Part shown: piece after piece, positions 17,667 through 27,007 of the stretch
Layout: every line of letters begins with the position of its first letter
Numbering within the stretch: position 1 is the stretch's first letter
Assembly (NCBI GenBank): GCA_035472835.1
Contig: DATIOU010000175.1
Span: 39,081-103,080 of the forward strand
DNA: 64,000 bases
Origin: Streptosporangiaceae bacterium
GTDB taxonomy: Bacteria > Actinomycetota > Actinomycetes > Streptosporangiales > Streptosporangiaceae
Reading direction: 5' to 3'
Notes under the pieces: generated by a model
Database searches by the model: none
What the model saw: only the letters and a program-made list of their open reading frames with translations
Told to the model about the DNA's origin: nothing
Translations under genes and position numbers: made by a program

Positions 17667-18055
17667 AGGCCGAACTCGGCCTTAGCCAGTTCCCAGGAGA
17701 CTGGCTGCGCCCCGGCTTCGCGCTCCTCACTCACCGCGAGAATCGCCGTCAGGTCGACGGCGTCCTCCAGCATGCTGACGATGTACTCGATTGCGGTGCT
17801 GACGGCCGTGCGAGTGACCTCGTCAGCGTCGGCGACGCTGCGCCACATCTCCCGGCAGGTCTCGACGATGGCTTCCTCGCGGGCGCGGGTCTCGTCAGCC
17901 CGTAGCTGGGCTTCCGAGACCACAACCGCGAGCCTGCGGCCGCGGCGGGTCAGGTACGTCACCTCGCCGCCGTACATAGCCCTGTTCACGACCTCGGCGA
18001 GGTGATCGCGGGCATCTGAGATTGGCATTTCCGCAGCAGCTCGGCTCATGGACAC
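17663..18055 (-). CDS. Phd/YefM-family antitoxin with extended C-terminus
   Basis: 'MPISDARDHLAEVVNRAMYGGEVTYLTRRGRRLAVVVSEAQ' is a typical Phd/YefM N-terminal domain. The gene lies immediately upstream of the toxin and overlaps it. Confidence 0.75.
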   Translation of the reverse strand: MSMSRAAAEMPISDARDHLAEVVNRAMYGGEVTYLTRRGRRLAVVVSEAQLRADETRAREEAIVETCREMWRSVADADEVTRTAVSTAIEYIVSMLEDAVDLTAILAVSEEREAGAQPVSWELAKAEFGL

Positions 18056-18192
18056 AGAGTACCCAGTTGTACGAGTCGTACAAGTTCAAGCGCCTCTTAG
18101 ATGCCGCTGCTTGAGTACGCTTGGGTTCGCGTCGGAGTCGCCGGACCGCCGCTCCCTGAGGGTGCCGTCTGGCCAGCGTAAGCTCTGGCGGC

Positions 18193-19146
18193 GTGACGGC
18201 ACGCGCATACCGGCCGCGGCGGACGACGCTCGCCGTGCCCGGCAGCAATCCCCGCTTTCTGGAAAAAGCTCGCGAGCTCGCGGTGGACGAGTTCTTTATT
18301 GATCTTGAGGACGCGGTCGCGCCCGCGGAAAAGCAGCAGAGCAGACCGGCAGCCGCGCAGGCGCTGCGCGATGGCGGCTGGGGCGCCAAGATCCGCGCCG
18401 TGCGCGTCAACGATGTTCGGACCGGCTGGGCCTACCGAGACGTAGTTGACGTTGTCGAGCAGGCCGGCCAGTGGCTCGACTCGATCGTGCTGCCAAAGGT
18501 CACGGGCCCGCTCGACGTGGGATGGCTCGATCTGCTCCTTGGCCAGATCGAACAAGCAACGGGACAGGAACGGGGCCGAATCGCCATCGAGGCACAGATC
18601 GAGGACGCGGCCGGGCTGGCGAACGTCGACGCCATCGCCGCCGCCTCGCCGCGCCTCGAGGCACTGGTCTTCGGGCCCGCCGACTTCATGGCCAGCATGG
18701 GCATGCGCTCCCTGACCGTCGGGGCCCAGCCAGCCGGCTACACCGGTGGCGACGCGTTTCACTACGCGCACATGCGGATCCTTGTCGCCGCGCGGGCGAA
18801 CGGACTGCAGGCAATCGACGGGCCGTTCGCCGCGATCCGGGATGTCGACGGACTCGCCGCCAGCGCGGCGAGCGCTGCCGCTGTCGGGTTCGACGGCAAG
18901 TGGGTGTTGCACCCGGGCCAGGTTGACGTCGTGAATGCGGAGTTCTCCCCGTCGCAGGCTGAGTACGACCGCGCCGAGCTCATCATCGAGGCCTACGAGT
19001 ACTACACCACGGTGCTGCGGCGCGGCGCCGCGATGCTGAACGGCGAGATGATCGACGAGGCATCGCGGAAGCTCGCGCTGGTCGCCGCCGCCCGCGGTCG
19101 CGCCGCCGGCCTGGTCAGGACCCGCCGGTTCGAGCCGCCGGACTAG
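18193..19146 (+). CDS. citE: HpcH/HpaI aldolase / citrate lyase beta-subunit-like (CitE family) protein
   Basis: 'RPRRTTLAVPGSNPRFLEKA..DEFFIDLEDAVAP' and 'GFDGKWVLHPGQV' are typical CitE/malyl-CoA lyase motifs. Confidence 0.85.
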   Translation: MTARAYRPRRTTLAVPGSNPRFLEKARELAVDEFFIDLEDAVAPAEKQQSRPAAAQALRDGGWGAKIRAVRVNDVRTGWAYRDVVDVVEQAGQWLDSIVLPKVTGPLDVGWLDLLLGQIEQATGQERGRIAIEAQIEDAAGLANVDAIAAASPRLEALVFGPADFMASMGMRSLTVGAQPAGYTGGDAFHYAHMRILVAARANGLQAIDGPFAAIRDVDGLAASAASAAAVGFDGKWVLHPGQVDVVNAEFSPSQAEYDRAELIIEAYEYYTTVLRRGAAMLNGEMIDEASRKLALVAAARGRAAGLVRTRRFEPPD

Positions 19147-19154
19147 GTGGTCGC

Positions 19155-19574
19155 CTAGCCGCCGCGACCGGCGGACTGGCCGACTTCGATCAGGTGCCCG
19201 TCTGGATCGCGGACGTAGGCGCGGATCTCCCGCCCGTGATCCTTCGGTTCGGTGAGGAACTCAGCGCCCTTGGCGGACCAGTCCGCATAGATGCTGGCGA
19301 TGTCGGCGACTCGCACGTTGAGAAACGCGCTGGTGAACCCTGGGTCGCGGGGCGTGCCGAGGGTCACGCCCGGTTTGTCGTCGGTCGGCCCGCCGCCGAC
19401 GTTGAGTATCAGCCAGGAGTTCGCGACCTTCATGATGACGGGGTCGCGCTCCACAACGACCTCCCCGTCGAAGATCGTCCGGTAGAACTCGCGGGAACGA
19501 TCCTGATCGGACACCACCAGGAAATGCGTGATGACGAAGCCTTCCTTGGGCGCCGGGAAATCGTCTGGGTTCAT
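19155..19574 (-). CDS. VOC (glyoxalase/bleomycin resistance/dioxygenase) family protein
   Basis: 'ITHFLVVSDQDRSREFY..' and 'REIRAYVRDPDGHLIEV'. Start trimmed to ATG 19574. Confidence 0.8.
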   Translation of the reverse strand: MNPDDFPAPKEGFVITHFLVVSDQDRSREFYRTIFDGEVVVERDPVIMKVANSWLILNVGGGPTDDKPGVTLGTPRDPGFTSAFLNVRVADIASIYADWSAKGAEFLTEPKDHGREIRAYVRDPDGHLIEVGQSAGRGG

Positions 19575-19654
19575 GCTGGCACCTCCGCTGCGGCGATTTG
19601 AGCCTCCGCTCTGACTCCTCCTACCCAAGTACCCCGCTTACCGCTCGCCATGGC

Positions 19655-20884
19655 ATGGTGACACCTGTGCCGCGCAACTTCATGCGTGATCGCACCGCGG
19701 GCCATGAGCGAGTCACGAACGTCGAGCTGTTCTTCGACCTCGTCTACGTGTTCGCCGTGACCCAGTTGTCGCATCATCTCCTGCCACGCCCCACCGCCCC
19801 GAAGGCACTCCAGACCGCGCTGCTCCTGGCGATGGTGTGGCTGGTCTGGGCGTACACGACGTGGGTGACGAACTGGCTGGACCCGGAGCGGATCCCGGTC
19901 CGGTTGCTGCTCCTGGCGCTGATGCTGGTGAGCCTCGCCATGTCGGCGGCGCTGCCACAGGCGTTCGGCGATTCGGGGCTCATCGTCGGCCTGGCGTACG
20001 CGCTGATGCAAATCGGGCGCAGCGTCTTCGCGGTCTGGGCGCTCCGAGGCCAGCCGCTGATCCGCAACTTCCAGCGCATCCTGGTCTGGTGCTGCGTCAG
20101 CGGCGGGCTCGCCATCGCCGGCGGCCTGACCGCGAGCGTGCTCCCGCGAGCGCTTTTCTGGCTGATTGCTGTCGGCGTAGACCTGGCCGGCGGCGTCGCC
20201 GGGTTCTACACGCCAGGGCTCGGCCGCTCGACGACCCAGGAGTGGGACATCGAAGGCGGCCACTTCGCCGAGCGGTGTCAGGCGTTCATCCTCCTCGCGC
20301 TCGGCGAGTCCATCGTGGTGACTGGCGCAACGCTCGCCGGGCTGCTTGGTCCGCTCTCGCTGCCGCGGGCTGACGGGGCGCCCACGATCGCGGCGTTCAT
20401 CGTCGCGTTCATCGGCAGCGCGGGGCTGTGGTGGCTCTACTTCGACCGGAGCGCCGGCGAAGCAGCGCGGCTGATCGCCGAGTCACCGGACCCCGGCCGT
20501 ATCGGCCGGACCGCATACCACCTCATTCACCCGATCATGGTAGCGGGCATCATCGTGGTCGCGGCCGCCGACGATCTCGCGCTGCTGCACCCAGATGCCG
20601 TCGGCGTCGGCTCGACCTCGTGGCTGATCCTCGGCGGCCCCGGCCTTTACATTACTGGCCTGCTCGCGTTCAAGTTCGCCGTCTGGCGGCGGCCGTCCTG
20701 GTCGCGCGCCGGCGGCCTGGTCGCGCTTGCGCTGCTGGGTTTCGTCGCGCCGCACGTATCGGCACTCGCCCTCAGCGCTTGCACGGCCGCGGTCGTCGTC
20801 GGGATCGCGGCGGTGGATCACGCCCAGCGCAGGGTGCTCGGCAACGGTGAAGCGGGCGAGCCGGGAGCCGAGCTTCGCCCCTGA
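19655..20884 (+). CDS. low temperature requirement protein A (LtrA) family membrane protein
   Basis: 'ERVTNVELFFDLVYVFAVTQLSHHL' plus about 10 hydrophobic segments. The start (ATG 19655) is uncertain. Confidence 0.8.
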   Translation: MVTPVPRNFMRDRTAGHERVTNVELFFDLVYVFAVTQLSHHLLPRPTAPKALQTALLLAMVWLVWAYTTWVTNWLDPERIPVRLLLLALMLVSLAMSAALPQAFGDSGLIVGLAYALMQIGRSVFAVWALRGQPLIRNFQRILVWCCVSGGLAIAGGLTASVLPRALFWLIAVGVDLAGGVAGFYTPGLGRSTTQEWDIEGGHFAERCQAFILLALGESIVVTGATLAGLLGPLSLPRADGAPTIAAFIVAFIGSAGLWWLYFDRSAGEAARLIAESPDPGRIGRTAYHLIHPIMVAGIIVVAAADDLALLHPDAVGVGSTSWLILGGPGLYITGLLAFKFAVWRRPSWSRAGGLVALALLGFVAPHVSALALSACTAAVVVGIAAVDHAQRRVLGNGEAGEPGAELRP

Positions 20885-20979
20885 CCTGGCGGCCACAGGC
20901 GGTGATATGGCGCGGACGGTGGCAGAATGCCAAGCTTGATACCGATTCGGCCGCCGGATTCAGGCACGAGAGGCTGCAG

Positions 20980-22059
20980 ATGTTGTTTTCGGGGCAGTGG
21001 GTGGTCGCTGGGCTCGACGTCGGCGGCACGACCATCAACGCCACGCTGCAAGACGCGACAGGCCGGTTCCTCGTGGCGGAGATGGCCGAGTCGCCGAGTC
21101 TGGTCCGCGAGGGGCCAGACAAGGCGATCGAAGCGCTCGCCCGGTCGCTCGAGGACGTGCTGGAGCTCACCGGTGCCCCTCGGCAGGCCGTCCGCGCTGT
21201 CGGGCTGGATACCCCTGGCCCGGTGACGGCCGACGGCGTCATCTCCTCCAAAGGCGCGACGAACTTCGCGAACGCGGAGTGGTGCGGCTTTGACGTGCGC
21301 GCCGCGCTCGAGGGCCGTCTTGGCATCCCGGTCGTCTTCAACAACGACGCCAACGCGGCTGCGCTTTACGCCCACCACGAGCATTTTGGGCCAGAGCTCG
21401 CGCACCTGCGGTCATCGGTGTCGGTCATCGTCGGCACCGGGCTCGGCGGCGGCGTAATCGAGAGCGGCGAGATCATCCGCGGCGCCGCCGGCATGGCGGG
21501 GGAGCTCGGGCACATCTGGCTGCCCCTGGAGGGCCTGCTCGCCCCCGGCCAGCCGATGCCGGTCTGCAACTGCGGCCTGCCGGGCGACGCCGAGAGCGTC
21601 GCGTCGCTCACGGCGATCGAGAAGAATCTGCTGCCGTTCTGGCTGACCCAGTACCCGGGCCACGAGCTCGCCCGCATGCCAGCCAGCGCCGCGGCCAGGC
21701 TGGTCCGCGAGTACGGAGAAGCGGGCGACCAGCTTGCGCTCAGCATCTTTGAACAGCAGGCAATGGCGATCGGGCGGCTGCTGACCATCGCGGCGAACTT
21801 CACCGATCCCCATGTGTACCTGCTCGGCGGCGGTGTGGTCGAGGCCGCGCCGGCATTCAGGGACTGGTTCCTGGACCGCGTCCAGGCGCACACCGTGCTC
21901 CGCGAAGAACAGGAACGGGTGTCGTCGATTGCGCTCGTCCCCGACCTCGACATGGCTGGGGCTCGTGGCTCGGCCATCGCGGCCCGAGCTGCCGTCCAGA
22001 CTGCGGCGGAAGCAAAGTCCGGAGCGGGCCTATCGCCTGAGGCCGGGCTCAGGCGATAG
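20980..22059 (+). CDS. ROK family sugar kinase/regulator
   Basis: 'VVAGLDVGGTTINATL' (ATPase phosphate-1) and the ROK zinc motif 'CNCGLPGDAES'. Start trimmed to ATG 20980. Confidence 0.8.
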   Translation: MLFSGQWVVAGLDVGGTTINATLQDATGRFLVAEMAESPSLVREGPDKAIEALARSLEDVLELTGAPRQAVRAVGLDTPGPVTADGVISSKGATNFANAEWCGFDVRAALEGRLGIPVVFNNDANAAALYAHHEHFGPELAHLRSSVSVIVGTGLGGGVIESGEIIRGAAGMAGELGHIWLPLEGLLAPGQPMPVCNCGLPGDAESVASLTAIEKNLLPFWLTQYPGHELARMPASAAARLVREYGEAGDQLALSIFEQQAMAIGRLLTIAANFTDPHVYLLGGGVVEAAPAFRDWFLDRVQAHTVLREEQERVSSIALVPDLDMAGARGSAIAARAAVQTAAEAKSGAGLSPEAGLRR

Positions 22060-22110
22060 CCCCGACGTCGACGGCCACTTACCGCGCGATACCCGATACC
22101 GTGCAAGTTC

Positions 22111-23103
22111 ATGGACCATGCCCGTCTCGGCCGGACCGGCCTCCCGGTGTCGCGCCTCTGCCTCGGCACTATGACGTTCGGGCTGCAGTGCGATGAGCCA
22201 AGCTCGGTCGCGATCCTCGACCGCGCCGCCGAGGGCGGCATCGACTTCCTCGACACCTCCGACGCCTACCCGCTGGGCGGAGACCTGTCCACCAGGGGCC
22301 TCACCGAGGAGATCCTCGGGCGGTGGCTCCAGGGCAAGCGCGGCCAGTTCATCGTGGCGACTAAGTGCTTCGTGCCGACCGGTCCCGCTCCCTTCGACGC
22401 GGGCAACTCGCGCAAGCACATCATGTCCGCGGTCGAGGATTCGCTCCGGCGGTTGCAGACCGACTACATCGACCTGTACCAGCTGCACGGCTATGACCGC
22501 GAGACGCCGATCGACGAGACGCTGAGTGCGCTCGATGATCTGGTCCATCAGGGCAAGGTCCGGTATGTCGGCTGCTCGAATTTCCTGACGTATCAGCTAG
22601 TCCGGGCGATCGGCCGCAGCGAGACGCTTCGGCTGACCCGGCTTGACTCCGTCCAGCCTCGGTACAACCTGCTCTTCCGCCAGATCGAGCGGGAAATGCT
22701 GCAGTTCTGCGATGAGGAAGGCGTGGGCGTCATTCCGTACAACCCCATCGCCGGCGGTCTGCTGTCGGGCGGGCATTCGCGCACTGCCCCGCCGCCAGCG
22801 GGCAGCCGCTTCACGCTCGGCAACGCCGGCAGCCTGTACCAGGACAGGTACTGGCACGACCAGGAGTTTGACACGGTCGAGCAGCTGCGCGGCCTGGCCG
22901 CTGAGGCTGGCATGAGCCTGGTGACGATGGCGGTGGCCTGGGTGCTGGCGAACAAGGTGATCACCGCGCCGATAATCGGCGCCAGCCGGCCCGAGCAGCT
23001 GGACGACAGCCTGGCGGCGGCCGTCGTCAGGCTCGACCACGATGTGAAGCGGCGCCTCGACGAAGTCACCCACCGCTACCGCATGGGCGACGCGGCGCGG
23101 TAG
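22111..23103 (+). CDS. aldo/keto reductase
   Basis: 'MDHARLGRTGLPVSRLCLGTMTFG', 'IDFLDTSDAY', 'DLYQLHGYD', 'VRYVGCSNF'. Confidence 0.9.
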   Translation: MDHARLGRTGLPVSRLCLGTMTFGLQCDEPSSVAILDRAAEGGIDFLDTSDAYPLGGDLSTRGLTEEILGRWLQGKRGQFIVATKCFVPTGPAPFDAGNSRKHIMSAVEDSLRRLQTDYIDLYQLHGYDRETPIDETLSALDDLVHQGKVRYVGCSNFLTYQLVRAIGRSETLRLTRLDSVQPRYNLLFRQIEREMLQFCDEEGVGVIPYNPIAGGLLSGGHSRTAPPPAGSRFTLGNAGSLYQDRYWHDQEFDTVEQLRGLAAEAGMSLVTMAVAWVLANKVITAPIIGASRPEQLDDSLAAAVVRLDHDVKRRLDEVTHRYRMGDAAR

Positions 23104-23134
23104 TCGCCGGGCGGCAGCCCGGTTCCGACGGCCA

Positions 23135-25651
23135 TTGCGGGTAGAGCAGGATGATCTAGTGCCCGCCGATTACGAGAAGATCAGAGCCGAGAACATCGCG
23201 CGTTACGGCTGGGACACGGCAGTTCTCGACCTGCTTGGCCATCTGTACAGCCAGCGCACGCACTTCATCTTCGAGCTGATACAGAACGCCGAGGACGCTG
23301 GCGCTACAGATGTGGTCTTCGAGCTATTCGAGGATCGCCTTGAGCTGCGGCATGATGGCCGGCCCTTCGACGACGCGGACGTTCGGGGTGTGTGCGGCGT
23401 TGGCGCGACCGCTAAGTCCGGGGACTTGACGAAGATCGGCACGTTCGGCATCGGGTTCAAGTCGGTCTATGCGTACACGAACAGCCCGCGCATTTACAGC
23501 GGCGACGAGGCCTTCCGCATCGAGAATTACGTCCGACCGGTCGCCACCGACCCGGTCGCCGTGCCCGACCTCGGCACTTTGTTTGTCTTCCGCTTCGACG
23601 TGCCGAGCGTTCCGGCGCTCACCGCTGTGGCGGAGATCGCCGCCGCCTTGACCGCGATCGAGCCAGAGACGCTGCTGTTCCTGCGGAGCATCGAGCGTCT
23701 GGGCGTCCGCGGATTTGGCGTCGAGGACGCCGTGCTGACGCGCTCGACCATGAGCCTGAGCGAAACGCGGCGCCGCGTCACGCTGACCACGGACACCAGC
23801 CGCGACGAGGAGTTCGTGATCTGGCAGCGTCCGGTCGCCGGTGGCGGCGAGCCGGGGCTGCGCGTCGAGATCGCGTTCCGGACCGCGCCAGGACCAGATG
23901 GCGGGCGCCGGCTTGTGCGACGCGACGGCTCGCCGCTGGTCGTGTACTTCCCGACGGAAAAGGAGACGTACCTCGGTTTCCTGGTCCACGGCCCGTACCG
24001 GACGACGCCTGCGCGAGACAACGTGCCGGAGCACGATCCCGCCAATCAGGCACTGGTGCAGGAGACCGCCGCGCTCCTTCGCGATGTTCTCCGCGAGCTT
24101 CGGGACGAGGACCTGCTAACAGCAGAGGTTCTGGCGGCAATGCCGATAGCCGCCGCGTGGTTCCAGCCGGGCACGATGTGGCGGCCGTTGTTCGAGTCGG
24201 TCCGCTCCGCGCTGACTGCCGAGGCGTTCATCGCCGCCGACGATGGACGTTACAGCATGGCCGCGGAGCTTAAGCTCGCCGGCGGCGCCGGGCTGCGCGA
24301 GCTGTTCGCGCCGGATCAGCTTAGGGCCGTATACGGCGAGGTCCGACCGCTCGGGTTCGTGAGCGAGTCCATCTCGGCCGACGGCACGCCTACGCTGTGG
24401 CGCTACCTCCGGGATGAGATCGGCATCGAGGAGGTCACGCCGGCATCTGTCGTCGGCAAACTGACGGCCGAGTTCATGACAGCGCAGTCCGACGAGTGGA
24501 TCGCCGATCTCTATGCGTTCTTGTACCGGCACTCGGCGCTATGGCGCGAACCGAGCCAAGCGGAATCAGCCGCGGACGGGCTCGGGGTAGCCAGGACGCG
24601 GCCAGTGATCCGGCTCGAAGACGGGAGCCAGGTCAGGCCGTTCCGCGCTGACGGCCGCGCAGCCGTGTTTCTGCCGAATACTGCAACGACCCCGTTCCCG
24701 GCTGTCCGAAGGTCTATCGCCAGCGTCGCCGCTGCCCGTCAGTTTCTAGACGCGCTCGGGCTGACGGAGCCAGACATCGTGGATGAAGTGCTGGCGGGCA
24801 TCTTCCCGCGGTACGGAGGCCTGGACGTGGCCGAGCTGGACGCCGCCCAGCACGACGCTGACCTTGAGATCGTCGCGCGCGCGATGGCCGACGCCGGCGG
24901 CGAGCGGCGCGAACGGTTGCTTGGCGGGCTACGCGTGACGACGTTCCTCGTCGGGGAGAACGCCGCGACCGGTGAGCGGCGGCTGATGACGCCTGGCAGC
25001 CTTTACCAGCGGTCGAAGGAGCTCGAGCTGTACTTCGATGGGAACGCGGATACGTGGTTCGCCGACGATGTCTACGGGCCCTGGCTCGTGCAGCTGCGTG
25101 CGATGGGTGTCCGGGCGAACGTCGAGGTGCGAGCGCGACCGCGGGACCCGCTGGGGTACGTGCTGATCGCGGACGAGTTCGCGCGGCACGAGCGCGGCGT
25201 CGAAGGGTTCGATCCAGCGGCGGAGATCGACGGCCTGGAGCTCGCCCTGAACAATCCGAGCCATGCTCGCGCCGTGTTCGTCTGGAATGTGCTGCTCGTG
25301 CCGAATTCCCGCCTGGTCGGCGGCGTGGTCGAAAGCTCGCACCGGGAAGCGTTCGCCGATTCGCAGTTCAGCGACGCGATGTCGACGATCGGCGTCGTAG
25401 CGACGACGGCGGCGTGGCTGCCGGGTCCGGACGGGTCGTGGTGCAAGCCAGCGGACCTGCGGCTGGATCAGCTGCCACCATCGTTTGCCAGGGACGAGAC
25501 GCTCGCCAGGTTCCTCGGCATGGCCCAGTCCGTGGTGGAGGCGGCGGCGCGACAGCTCGGACTGTCGCCGGACGTGCTGCGAGCGCTGAGCGAACACCCG
25601 GACCTTATCGCCTTGGTCGAGCGCGAGCTCAAGGCCCGGAATGCCCGCTGA
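23135..25651 (+). CDS. sacsin/MORC-type GHKL (Bergerat-fold) ATPase domain protein with large uncharacterised C-terminal region
   Basis: 838-aa ORF (TTG 23135, alternative GTG 23156). N-box 'FIFELIQNAEDAGATDV', then 'LRHDGRPFDDADV' and 'KIGTFGIGFKSVYAYTNSP'. I recognise no motifs in the remaining ~650 aa. Confidence 0.7.
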   Translation: MRVEQDDLVPADYEKIRAENIARYGWDTAVLDLLGHLYSQRTHFIFELIQNAEDAGATDVVFELFEDRLELRHDGRPFDDADVRGVCGVGATAKSGDLTKIGTFGIGFKSVYAYTNSPRIYSGDEAFRIENYVRPVATDPVAVPDLGTLFVFRFDVPSVPALTAVAEIAAALTAIEPETLLFLRSIERLGVRGFGVEDAVLTRSTMSLSETRRRVTLTTDTSRDEEFVIWQRPVAGGGEPGLRVEIAFRTAPGPDGGRRLVRRDGSPLVVYFPTEKETYLGFLVHGPYRTTPARDNVPEHDPANQALVQETAALLRDVLRELRDEDLLTAEVLAAMPIAAAWFQPGTMWRPLFESVRSALTAEAFIAADDGRYSMAAELKLAGGAGLRELFAPDQLRAVYGEVRPLGFVSESISADGTPTLWRYLRDEIGIEEVTPASVVGKLTAEFMTAQSDEWIADLYAFLYRHSALWREPSQAESAADGLGVARTRPVIRLEDGSQVRPFRADGRAAVFLPNTATTPFPAVRRSIASVAAARQFLDALGLTEPDIVDEVLAGIFPRYGGLDVAELDAAQHDADLEIVARAMADAGGERRERLLGGLRVTTFLVGENAATGERRLMTPGSLYQRSKELELYFDGNADTWFADDVYGPWLVQLRAMGVRANVEVRARPRDPLGYVLIADEFARHERGVEGFDPAAEIDGLELALNNPSHARAVFVWNVLLVPNSRLVGGVVESSHREAFADSQFSDAMSTIGVVATTAAWLPGPDGSWCKPADLRLDQLPPSFARDETLARFLGMAQSVVEAAARQLGLSPDVLRALSEHPDLIALVERELKARNAR

Positions 25652-25661
25652 TGGCCGTCCG

Positions 25662-26099
25662 TCACCTGCCGACGTAGCGGCCGGCGCAGACGTTCTCGTA
25701 CTGATTGGCCTTGAAGGCCTGGCCGTGCTGCGGGAAGTACCACTCAACTGCCATGTACATGAGTTTGCCGGCGCAGGTGCCAAGATTGAAGGCGACGATC
25801 TTGACGGGCTCTTTCTTTCCGGCCGCGACGCTGGGATATGGCCAGTCGCTGATTCCTGTGCCCGTGATGCTGCCGGCGCCCCAACCGGACCAGCGGATGT
25901 GTGTCACGAGCCCGGTAGGGTCGCCGCCGTTGAAGATCTCGGTGGGCCTGACCTTGCCCCAGCCGGTTCCGTGGGCGAAATCTCCGGCCGGCCGGCCGAG
26001 CACCGGGATCGCAACGCTCGCCGCGCCCTGCGAGCACCCAGCAATGGCCGTAGCTGCGAAGATAGCCGCGAGCCAGGCGGCTGCGGCGGGCCGGCTCAT
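25662..26099 (-). CDS. lipoprotein, unknown function
   Basis: Signal peptide with lipobox 'AATAIAGC'. 145 aa, convergent with the GHKL gene (10-bp gap). Confidence 0.65.
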   Translation of the reverse strand: MSRPAAAAWLAAIFAATAIAGCSQGAASVAIPVLGRPAGDFAHGTGWGKVRPTEIFNGGDPTGLVTHIRWSGWGAGSITGTGISDWPYPSVAAGKKEPVKIVAFNLGTCAGKLMYMAVEWYFPQHGQAFKANQYENVCAGRYVGR

Positions 26100-26299
26100 G
26101 AGCCCAGCCTGTCGATCGTGAACATCGCAGCAACCTCCCGCGTGCGCGGTCCCCGGCCATCCGGGGCTTGTCGTATCTTTCGACGTTTTAACGGGCCTCC
26201 TGGATTACCGCGCGCCGCAGCATCAGACCTGTGGCGGCGTCAGCAGACGTGTGATTACCTGACGGGACAATCGCGGTTTTGGTGCGCTCGAGGTGACCT

Positions 26300-26938
26300 A
26301 TGAAACGCAGGCCGAGGATCAGCTACGTGCCGCTCGATGCAATGGACGCCCGAATGAGGGCGGAGATGGAGCGATGCCAGCGAGAAGGCACACCACGGCC
26401 GGAAAGCTCGGCCGTGCGCGCGCACGTACCGGCGGCGTTCTGGGCGTTCGCCGACTCCTGGCAGGGAATCTTTCGCGATGGGGTCTGCGATCACGCCATC
26501 AAGGAGCTGTGCCGCGTCTACGTTTCGCGGTCGGTCAAGTGTGAGTACTGCGGGAACCAGCGCTCGGAGAAAGCCAGGGCGCGGGGGCTTACCGAGGGCC
26601 AGTACGACGACCTGCTCAACTTCGAGAAATCCGCGCAGCTCGGTGACCGCGAGAAGGCAGCTCTTGCGTACGCCGAGGCGATTACCTGGCGGCTGGAGCC
26701 GACCGACGAGATGTGGGAGCGGCTGCATGGGCATTTCTCCGAGCCGGAGCTCGTGGAGCTTGGCTGTTTCATCGCGCTGACGATGGGCCAGCAGAGCTGG
26801 CTGCGCTTGCTAGATATCGAGCACCACGAGGTCATGGCTGGCACGACGGCCTCAATGGCGCCAGGCTTCGAGACTCCCGAGCTGCTCGCCGAGTCCAAGG
26901 TTTCGAAGGAATACTGGGCCGGGTCCCGCGAGGCCTAA
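26300..26938 (+). CDS. carboxymuconolactone decarboxylase (AhpD-like) family protein
   Basis: CxxC motif 'VKCEYCGNQR' in an all-helical context. 212 aa. Confidence 0.8.
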   Translation: MKRRPRISYVPLDAMDARMRAEMERCQREGTPRPESSAVRAHVPAAFWAFADSWQGIFRDGVCDHAIKELCRVYVSRSVKCEYCGNQRSEKARARGLTEGQYDDLLNFEKSAQLGDREKAALAYAEAITWRLEPTDEMWERLHGHFSEPELVELGCFIALTMGQQSWLRLLDIEHHEVMAGTTASMAPGFETPELLAESKVSKEYWAGSREA

Positions 26939-27007
26939 ACCGAACCTGACGCCACAACCCGCGGGCCGCGTTCTCCGTCTCAAGGCTGTGCCGCCTTTGT
27001 CGTTGAG

